This document shows, in pieces, positions 56,793 to 64,000 of a DNA stretch of 64,000 bases. The position numbers and the translations under genes were made by a program. The stretch covers positions 896,001 through 960,000 of the forward strand of contig CAVPBK010000006.1 in assembly GCA_963701855.1 (NCBI GenBank), read 5' to 3'. Within the stretch, counting starts at the first letter, position 1. The number at the start of each line of letters is the position of its first letter. The DNA comes from Nitrospirota bacterium (GTDB lineage Bacteria; Nitrospirota; Nitrospiria; Nitrospirales; Nitrospiraceae). The notes under the pieces were generated by a model. The model saw nothing but the letters and a program-made list of their open reading frames with translations. It had not been told where the DNA came from and searched no databases.

Positions 56793-59459
56793 TCACGTCG
56801 TTTTCATCACCGACACGGATGCCGTCCGGTAGGATGGGACCTTCGTGTACGGATCGATGACACAGTCAAAGAGTTGCAGGGCCTCCTGCGCGAAATGATC
56901 GGGAAGCCAAGCCAAGCCCTCGGGCACGCGATCAAACACTTTCGCCGTGGTCGTAAACTCGGCTCGGCTGTTCGAGAGACGGACTCGATCCCCCGTACTG
57001 AGGCCGTATCGGGCTGCATCCAGAGGATTCATCTGCACCGACCCGCTCGGTTCGATCTGCAACAGTCCCTTCGAATAGGTCGACAGCTTCCCTGAGTGGA
57101 ACAAGCTCTGAACCAGCCCCAGCTCAACCGTTCTCTCCTGACGCATAGCTCGCGCGGGCAGAGTATACCGATTTGCAAGGTCCCGGCGATATCCCTCGTT
57201 CACGTATCGGTCGATGGCTGCAGGGTCCACTGCGGGAGGGATCGGCGTGGGGCCGAGCGATCCGTAACCGGGAATCACCTCTCGGATCTCTTTGAGGATC
57301 TCCTTGGCATCGCCGTATTCCAACGGTGCGCCGATGAAGACCGAGAAGGCCGACAAGATTTCCCAGTCGGGGCGGCTGTCCCCCACCGGATCTATCGCGG
57401 GCCGAACGGCCTGGACATGGCCCTCGGTATTGGTGAACGTTCCGGCTTTTTCTATGGCGGAGGCGGCTGGGAGCACCACATGGGCGAGCGCGGCCGTTTC
57501 CGTGAGAAACAGTTCCTGGCACACAAGAAGATCGAGTTTGCTCAGCGCCTCTTTGACTCCGGTCTGGGGCGGAAGACTCCCGACAGGATTTTCTCCGACG
57601 ACGAAGAGGCCCTTGATGATCCCGGCTTGCGCACGGTCGATCATTTCGATGAGTGTGGCTCCCTCCGCCAACGGAAGATCCTCTTTCCAGGAACGAGCGA
57701 TCTGCGCGCGCACGTTCTGATCGGTGAGGTCGAGCGCGCCCGGCAGCAGTGCCGCGACCGCTCCCATTTCCACCGCCCCTTGGTCGTTATTCTCTTCCGC
57801 CAAGGGAGCAAAGCCGCAACCCCGTGCGGTCAACCTTCCGGTCAAGATGAGTAGATCCAGGAGATTGAGACAGATACCGTAGCCGCCTTGGCTGCGCAAC
57901 AGAGTCTGGCCGGCAAGCACGACAACACGACGTCCTCTGCCCAGGGAAGCGGCCATCTGGACGAACGATTCGCGCAACACACCGGTACTCAGGGCCAGAT
58001 CGTCCCAGGTCAGTCGCTGGACTGCTTGGGAGACAGCCGAGACATAATCCGGCATCCGTTGCCGAATTGTACTGTCGACATGGTTGTCCTCAACTATTGC
58101 CTTCAGCAGGCCCAGGACCGCAGCGCCGAACTGAGACGGCGCCACACAGATATGTTGCTGCGACAGGTTGGAAATGTTGCTGATCGTGCCGATTGCAGGC
58201 TGGATCGCCTCAATCGTCAACAATGTCGATTCATTTTTCTTGACGGCTTCTTTCACTTTAAGTCCGGTAATCGGATTGGCCTCTGTGATATTAGTGCCGA
58301 CCAGGAGGAGCACGTCCGCTTGCACAATGTCCTCGAACGTCACGGTCCAGCGATGCGTGCCCTGCACGGATCGCATGGCCTGTACCCCGTTGATATGGCC
58401 ATACCGCGCACTGCTGTCGAGATTATTGGTCCCGATCGTGAGGCGCATGAACTTCTGGAACAGATAGAGCTCTTCGTTGGTACAGCGGCCAGAGATCAGT
58501 CCGCCGAAAGCCTGCGGGCCATGCGCTAACTTGAGCCGGTTGGTCTGTTCGGCTACAAACACCAATGCCTCTTCCCATGTGGCTTCCACCAGCACGCCGT
58601 TCCGCCTGATCAGCGGATGGGTCACTCGGCTTGGATGGCTCGCCGCGCGAAATCCAAAAAACCCTCGCGCGCAGAGATCTCCGCTGTTCCGACCGGCGCC
58701 CTGGGCACTGTTCACCTCGATCAACTCCTGGTCCTTGGTTTGGACCGTGATCTGGCAGCCGTCCCCGCAAAACATGCAGACTGTATCGGCTCGTTTAAGC
58801 ATCCAGGGGCGGTATTCGTACATTGAGAGGCGGCTGGTGATAGCGCCAACCGGGCAAATCTGCACGCAACCGCCGCAGAATTCACAATCCAGGGGATGGG
58901 CGCCGAAGGACTTGATCTCGGTCATTGTGCCTCGTCCGATTGGAGCGAGAGCCTTGACGTCCATGACCTCGTCGCAGTAGCGGACACAGCGCAAACATTG
59001 CACGCAACGGTTCATCTGCGTTTCGATCAGAGGACTGAAATATTCCTTCTGGAAAATGCGCTTGGTTTCCTCAAACCGGCTGGTCGCGGTGTATTGATGC
59101 GAAAAATCCTGGAGGTCGCACTTCCCTCCCTGATCGCAAACCGGACAGTCCAACGGATGGTTAGCCAGGATGAATTCGAGCACCGACTTGTGGGCGTTGT
59201 GAACGACCGTCGTGGCGGTCCGAACAGCCATGCCTTCAGTCGCCACGGTGCTGCAAGAGGTCTGGAGTTTCGGCATCCTTTCAACTTCAACCAAGCACAT
59301 ACGGCAGTTCGCATCCGGCTTGAGTTTCGGATGGTAGCAGAAGTGCGGAACCATCACGCCGACCATGCGAGCGGCTTCGATCACCAGGGTGCCCTTCGGC
59401 ACCGAGACGGAAATACCGTCGATCGTCAAACGAACAGTCTCTGTGGTGACATTACGCAT
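56793..59459 (-). CDS. nuoG: NADH-quinone oxidoreductase subunit G (long form)
   Basis: CYH...CRMC, HPLDCPVCDQGGKC, CVQCLRC, CEFCGGC, CMFCGDGC; operon position. Confidence 0.93.
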   Translation of the reverse strand: MRNVTTETVRLTIDGISVSVPKGTLVIEAARMVGVMVPHFCYHPKLKPDANCRMCLVEVERMPKLQTSCSTVATEGMAVRTATTVVHNAHKSVLEFILANHPLDCPVCDQGGKCDLQDFSHQYTATSRFEETKRIFQKEYFSPLIETQMNRCVQCLRCVRYCDEVMDVKALAPIGRGTMTEIKSFGAHPLDCEFCGGCVQICPVGAITSRLSMYEYRPWMLKRADTVCMFCGDGCQITVQTKDQELIEVNSAQGAGRNSGDLCARGFFGFRAASHPSRVTHPLIRRNGVLVEATWEEALVFVAEQTNRLKLAHGPQAFGGLISGRCTNEELYLFQKFMRLTIGTNNLDSSARYGHINGVQAMRSVQGTHRWTVTFEDIVQADVLLLVGTNITEANPITGLKVKEAVKKNESTLLTIEAIQPAIGTISNISNLSQQHICVAPSQFGAAVLGLLKAIVEDNHVDSTIRQRMPDYVSAVSQAVQRLTWDDLALSTGVLRESFVQMAASLGRGRRVVVLAGQTLLRSQGGYGICLNLLDLLILTGRLTARGCGFAPLAEENNDQGAVEMGAVAALLPGALDLTDQNVRAQIARSWKEDLPLAEGATLIEMIDRAQAGIIKGLFVVGENPVGSLPPQTGVKEALSKLDLLVCQELFLTETAALAHVVLPAASAIEKAGTFTNTEGHVQAVRPAIDPVGDSRPDWEILSAFSVFIGAPLEYGDAKEILKEIREVIPGYGSLGPTPIPPAVDPAAIDRYVNEGYRRDLANRYTLPARAMRQERTVELGLVQSLFHSGKLSTYSKGLLQIEPSGSVQMNPLDAARYGLSTGDRVRLSNSRAEFTTTAKVFDRVPEGLAWLPDHFAQEALQLFDCVIDPYTKVPSYRTASVSVMKTT

Positions 59460-59471
59460 GGTTCTGTCGAC

Positions 59472-60776
59472 TCAATGTCTTACTGCCGGCTCCAGCTTGA
59501 TCAGGTTCGTTGCCTCCGCTTCCTGAATCAGCGTGACGTATTCAGACCGCCAATGTTTGAGCGTGCTCATAATCGGTGCCACTGATGCATCGCCGAACGC
59601 GCAGACCGTTCGGCCCTCAATGTTCTTGCATAGATCGACCAAGGTTTCAAGATCCTCCATCCGCCCCCGCTTCGCGATGATTCGGCGCATGGTTTGTACC
59701 AGCCAGGAGCTTCCCTCGCGGCAGGGACTGCACTTGCCGCAGGACTCATGATAGAAAAACTCCATGAGACGAAGTGCAGCCCATACCATGTCCGTGCCCT
59801 CTTCCATCACCGTCACCCCGCCGGAGCCGAGCATGGAGCCGGCTGCGGCAACAGATTCAAAATCGAGCTTGACCTCAAGGTGGTTCGGCGTGAGGAGTGG
59901 CGCTGACGCTCCCCCTGGGATAAAAGCCTTGAGCGGTTTGTCGGAGCGCATGCCTCCGGCTTGCTCGTAGATCAATTCGCGGAAGGTGACCCCCATCGGC
60001 ACTTCGTAGTTCCCTGGGCATTTCACATGGCCGCTGACGCAGAATACTCTGGTGCCGGTGCTCTTCGGGGGAGACCCGATCGATGCAAACCACTCAGGGC
60101 CCCGGCCGACGATGTATGGAAGGTTGGCCAGGGTCTCGACGTTGTTTACCACAGTCGGTTTGTTGTAGAGACCGTTGGTCGCCGGGAAGGGGGGCTTAAA
60201 GCGCGGCAAGCCGCGCTTGCCTTCGAGCGACTCCAGCAATGCCGTTTCTTCTCCGCAGATATAGGCTCCGGCGCCTCGATGTACCCACACATTGGCGGTG
60301 ATGCCTGCGCCCAGAATATTCGCGCCGATATAGCCGGCGGTCCGCGCTTCGGCAATCGCCTGTTCCAAGATCCTGGCTCCGAGGACGAACTCGCCCCGTA
60401 TATAAATGTAGGCGGTTTCTGCTCCTATCGCGTAACAAGCGAGCAGGATGCCTTCTAAGATCTGATGGGGATCTCGCTCAATGAGCTGGCGGTCCTTGAA
60501 CGTGCCTGGCTCGCTTTCATCAGCATTACAACAGAGGTACTTCGGGCCTATATAGTCCTTCGGGAGAAAATTCCACTTCAAGCCGGTCGGGAAGCCTGCG
60601 CCGCCACGCCCCCGGAGCCCTGATTTCATCACCATGCCGGTGACCCCGGCCGGCGGCACCTTCCCCACGACCTTGCGGAGCGCTTGATAGCCGCCTGCGC
60701 GCTCGTAATCTTGGAGCGAGCCGGTATAACCGGGCTGCATCATATTCTTGAGCAATATCAGTTCGTGCTTGGGCAT
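59472..60776 (-). CDS. nuoF: NADH-quinone oxidoreductase subunit F
   Basis: SGLRGRGGAGFPTG, NADESEPG, GAGAYICGEETAL, ESCGKCSPCREG. Confidence 0.96.
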   Translation of the reverse strand: MPKHELILLKNMMQPGYTGSLQDYERAGGYQALRKVVGKVPPAGVTGMVMKSGLRGRGGAGFPTGLKWNFLPKDYIGPKYLCCNADESEPGTFKDRQLIERDPHQILEGILLACYAIGAETAYIYIRGEFVLGARILEQAIAEARTAGYIGANILGAGITANVWVHRGAGAYICGEETALLESLEGKRGLPRFKPPFPATNGLYNKPTVVNNVETLANLPYIVGRGPEWFASIGSPPKSTGTRVFCVSGHVKCPGNYEVPMGVTFRELIYEQAGGMRSDKPLKAFIPGGASAPLLTPNHLEVKLDFESVAAAGSMLGSGGVTVMEEGTDMVWAALRLMEFFYHESCGKCSPCREGSSWLVQTMRRIIAKRGRMEDLETLVDLCKNIEGRTVCAFGDASVAPIMSTLKHWRSEYVTLIQEAEATNLIKLEPAVRH

Positions 60777-60855
60777 GGCGTTTAAGCTAAGAGCTTATAG
60801 CTGATAGTGAAAATGTCCTAACCTATTCGAGCCATAAGCCATTCGCCATATGCTC

Positions 60856-61386
60856 CTATTTCTTTGCTCCGTTGGGCTCGGGCCACATAAACGGTCCCGT
60901 CTTGAGCGAGCAGATCCCGTTTTGTTTGAGATCGGCCAGAATTCGGTCGAATGTTTGCTCTGTGAGCCGTTCATAATAGTCGTCATTGACCTGCATCACC
61001 GGCGCGGTGCCACAGGCGGCGAGGCATTCGACCACGTTGAGGGTAAAGAGTCCGTCGGTCGTTGTCTCGCCCGGTCCGATTCCAAGTTTTGTTTTGACCC
61101 ACCCGATGACCGTATCCGATCCTGCCAGCGCGCACATCAGGGACTTGCAGACTTGGAGATGAAATTTTCCCACGCGCTTGATATTGATCATCGTATAAAA
61201 CGTGGCCGTCTCATAGACTTGGGGCGGGGTCAGACGCAAGAGCCCCGCAATCTCCATCATTGCCGATTCGGACACGAAGCCTTCGTCCCGTTGCGCCAGG
61301 TAGAGCAATGGAATCAACGCCGAGCGCTTCACGGGATAGCGCGAGATAATCTCGTCAATTTCTTTCTGATACTTTTCTTTCAGCAT
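60856..61386 (-). CDS. nuoE: NADH-quinone oxidoreductase subunit E
   Basis: ATFY, CKSLMC, ECLAAC. Confidence 0.95.
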   Translation of the reverse strand: MLKEKYQKEIDEIISRYPVKRSALIPLLYLAQRDEGFVSESAMMEIAGLLRLTPPQVYETATFYTMINIKRVGKFHLQVCKSLMCALAGSDTVIGWVKTKLGIGPGETTTDGLFTLNVVECLAACGTAPVMQVNDDYYERLTEQTFDRILADLKQNGICSLKTGPFMWPEPNGAKK

Positions 61387-61431
61387 CTGCTTTTCCTGTC
61401 CACCCGTTCACGGTGAGGGAACAGAGAGTGC

Positions 61432-61488
61432 CCTTTGCTGCGCGCGTCCAACGAGTGCCTTCCGAAGGCCGCGCGTTGCGCGAGCGCA
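61432..61488. repeat. REP-like palindromic repeat, copy 2 (inverted)
   Basis: reverse complement matches 26585-26640. Confidence 0.8.
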
Positions 61489-61499
61489 TTCTCCTTCCC

Positions 61500-63251
61500 T
61501 CACCTATCACATTCCCCCATCACAACATCGTAGGTTCCGAAGATCGTGATGATGTCGGAAATCAGGTAGCCTCGCGCCATATGGTCGAAGGCCCCCATGT
61601 GTACGAATGACGGCGCACGAATCTTCAGCCGGTAAGGGCGGGGGCTGCCGTCGCTGACGATAAAAAATCCCAACTCGCCCTTGGGGGCCTCGGTTGCGCA
61701 ATAGGTCTCGGCCTTCGGCGGCTTGATGCCCTGGGTATAAATGATGAAATGATGGATCAAGCTTTCCATGTCCCGCATGACCAATTCCTTGGGCGGCGGG
61801 ATATATTGCGGCGCCTCGGCCATGATCGGCCCAGCAGGAAGCTGATCGAGACATTGTGCAATGATCCTGGCGCTCTGCCGCATTTCTTCCATGCGGATCC
61901 AGTATCGGTCATAGGTGTCTCCGTTCCTGCCGATCGGTACGTCCCAATCGACTTTGTCGTACACGCCGTAGGGTTCGGCCTTGCGGACATCGTAGGCGAC
62001 GCCCGACCCTCGCAAGACCGGCCCGGTGCAGCCGAAGCTGATCGCATCTTCAGCTGAGAGCAGGGCCACGTTCTTTGTGCGGCCGAGCCAGATGCGGTTC
62101 GATGCGATGAGCGAATCGTATTCCTTGACCTTCTCGGGAAAGATATCGAGGAACGCCTTCATCCGTTGGACCAACTCGGGGGTGAAATCGCTATCGACAC
62201 CGCCGATACGATAGTAGTTCAGGGTCAGGCGGGCCCCACAGAGCTTTTCGAACATGTCCAACAGTATTTCGCGCTCCCGGAAGGTCCAGAAGAACACGGT
62301 CATGGCGCCGATATCGAGCGCCTGCGTACCGAGCCAAAAGAGGTGTCCGATGATGCGTTGCATCTCGGCCACGATGGTCCGGATATATTCGGCCCGGATC
62401 GGCACCCCGATCTCGAGGAGTTTTTCCACGGCACGCACGTACGCGTAGTTGTTGGACATGGCACAGACATAGTCGAGCCGGTCCGTGTGCGGGATGATCT
62501 GCATGTAGGTCAAACCCTCGGACAACTTTTCGACACCTCGATGCAGGTAACCGAGGTCCGGTGTGGCCTTCACAACCCGTTCACCGTCCAATAAGAGCAC
62601 GACACGCAGCACTCCATGCGTACTCGGATGCTGCGGCCCCATGTTCAGCAGCAGTTCCTCTTTCCGTTGGGAAGCGGGCACGTCGGTCTCGGCGCGATAG
62701 AAAACTTTCTGCTCCTCAGGGACTTCGCTCTCGATGACGTCGACAGAGGCCTCATCGAATCTCGGAATAAAGTCGAATTGGCTGCGCCAGCCACGCCCTT
62801 CGGTCGGAAAATCCTTTCTCAACGGGTATCCCTCGGTATAATCCTCCGGCATCAGAATGCGCCTGAGATCGGGGTGGCCGGAAAAATTAATGCCCATCAT
62901 GTCGTACACTTCTCGTTCCAGAAAGTCGGCGCCCTTCCAGACTCCAGTGACCGACGCAATCGTCGGATCATCCTCGGTAATACGCGCCTTGAGACGAAGA
63001 CGCTGCTGAAGGGGAAGCGAGTGCAAGTGGTAGACGACTTCGAATCGCAGCTGATCTTCGGGATAATCGACTGAGCAAATATCGGTGAGATGATCGAAGG
63101 CTGCCTCCGGCGCATCGTGCAAGTAGCGAGCAATCTCCAGCAGACGCGTAGCGGCCACAGAGACAGAGGTCTCGGCACGTGCAGTATCGACGCGGATCGC
63201 GAGGATCGCGTCCGGGAATTTCGTCTTCAGGCTGTCGAGCAGTGCTTTCAT
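61500..63251 (-). CDS. nuoCD: NADH-quinone oxidoreductase fused subunit C/D
   Basis: EREVYDM.GI.F.GHPDLRRI and PLRKDFP (C) in frame with NMGPQHPSTHGVLR...GECDR (D); ATG 63251 preferred. Confidence 0.95.
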   Translation of the reverse strand: MKALLDSLKTKFPDAILAIRVDTARAETSVSVAATRLLEIARYLHDAPEAAFDHLTDICSVDYPEDQLRFEVVYHLHSLPLQQRLRLKARITEDDPTIASVTGVWKGADFLEREVYDMMGINFSGHPDLRRILMPEDYTEGYPLRKDFPTEGRGWRSQFDFIPRFDEASVDVIESEVPEEQKVFYRAETDVPASQRKEELLLNMGPQHPSTHGVLRVVLLLDGERVVKATPDLGYLHRGVEKLSEGLTYMQIIPHTDRLDYVCAMSNNYAYVRAVEKLLEIGVPIRAEYIRTIVAEMQRIIGHLFWLGTQALDIGAMTVFFWTFREREILLDMFEKLCGARLTLNYYRIGGVDSDFTPELVQRMKAFLDIFPEKVKEYDSLIASNRIWLGRTKNVALLSAEDAISFGCTGPVLRGSGVAYDVRKAEPYGVYDKVDWDVPIGRNGDTYDRYWIRMEEMRQSARIIAQCLDQLPAGPIMAEAPQYIPPPKELVMRDMESLIHHFIIYTQGIKPPKAETYCATEAPKGELGFFIVSDGSPRPYRLKIRAPSFVHMGAFDHMARGYLISDIITIFGTYDVVMGECDR

Positions 63252-63339
63252 AATTCTTGTTCGCGGGATGGGCGCGCCTCGCGGGAAAAGCGCGATTTGC
63301 TCGTCGCGCACGTCCCGCTTCCCTCGCCTGTCTCGCGGT

Positions 63340-63819
63340 TCATCTCACAAACACCTTTTCCCGCTGAATCTTTTCCTGTAATTTCAGTAACCCATCGAGC
63401 AATGCTTCCGGACGGGGTGGACAGCCCGGCACATAGACATCAACCGGAATAATCTGATCGACGCCTTGAACCACCGCGTAACTATTATAGTGGTTACCTG
63501 ATGTGGCGCAGGAGCCCATAGAAATGACATATCGCGGTTCCGGCATCTGGTCGTAGATACGGCGGATCACCGGCGCCATCTTGCGCGTCACCGTGCCGGC
63601 AATGATCATGAGGTCGGCTTGCCTTGGCGAGGCTCGAAAGACACCGGCGCCGAAACGATCCAAGTCATACCGCGACGACACGGTCGCAATCATTTCGATG
63701 GCGCAGCAGGCCAAGCCAAACGTCATCGGCCACAATGCCGACTTTCGAGACCAATTCACGACCGCATCCAGATTGGTCGTCAGAATATTCGCCTCAAACT
63801 GTCTCTCCAGAAAGCTCAT
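63340..63819 (-). CDS. nuoB: NADH-quinone oxidoreductase subunit B
   Basis: [30 protein letters not shown]. Confidence 0.96.
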   Translation of the reverse strand: MSFLERQFEANILTTNLDAVVNWSRKSALWPMTFGLACCAIEMIATVSSRYDLDRFGAGVFRASPRQADLMIIAGTVTRKMAPVIRRIYDQMPEPRYVISMGSCATSGNHYNSYAVVQGVDQIIPVDVYVPGCPPRPEALLDGLLKLQEKIQREKVFVR

Positions 63820-63829
63820 GAATGACTCC

Positions 63830-63912
63830 GTGAGACATGAAACGTGAAAGGTGAAATGAAACGAAAACGCCTCTCGTTTTTCCCTTTCACGTCTAACGTT
63901 TCACATTTTACG
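63830..63912. repeat. heptamer-periodic palindrome (GTGAAAC/TTTCAC type)
   Basis: GTGAGACATGAAACGTGAAAGGTGAAA...TTTCACGTCTAACGTTTCACATTTTACG. Confidence 0.7.
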
Positions 63913-63916
63913 TTAC

Positions 63917-64000
63917 TTAGTCCCACTCCAGCGCCCCCTTCTTCCAGGCATACCAGAATCCGGCCAGCAGGATGCCGATAAACACGAGCATCTCGATGAG
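63917..64000 (-). CDS. nuoA: NADH-quinone oxidoreductase subunit A, 3' end
   Basis: LIEMLVFIGILLAGFWYAWKKGALEWD* read on the minus strand. Confidence 0.92.
   Translation of the reverse strand, partial: LIEMLVFIGILLAGFWYAWKKGALEWD

Noticed and set aside
56793..59459. Formate dehydrogenase alpha subunit
   Set aside because: No Cys/Sec at the expected Mo-ligand position and located between nuoF and nuoH

Overview
A 64-kb chromosomal window from a Nitrospira-type nitrite oxidiser; the lineage is inferred from the TAT-exported NxrA plus NxrB sequences and the gene set. In order it holds: nxrBA with a terminator and a candidate sigma-54/IHF promoter; tRNA-Gly(GCC); a MoxR-DUF58-transglutaminase operon; ChaN and SWIM genes; a decayed patch (~15.6-16.3 kb); a candidate sigma-54-driven structured RNA leader; a minus-strand cluster of UbiE/MenG, B12-radical SAM, Usp/rubredoxin/PCP_red multidomain protein, radical SAM-SPASM-PCP_red and a membrane protein; a short uvrA; an accessory patch (HEPN-like ORF, DMT pseudogene, HerA/DUF87-like ATPase, patatin, lipoprotein); an AHL quorum-sensing locus (luxI/luxR, a lux-box-like core inside a 44-bp palindrome, a divergent two-kinase/response-regulator operon, and FadL); uvrC, dapF and neighbours; and a single-NuoM complex I operon (nuoN to partial nuoA, fused nuoCD). 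Intergenic spaces hold several families of MITE-like and periodic palindromic repeats. No CRISPR array, rRNA or intact transposase was seen. The best candidates for an undescribed system are the PCP_red-linked radical SAM/Usp cluster, the extended quorum-sensing module, and the sigma-54 structured RNA. All calls come from reading motifs by eye; no database search was run.
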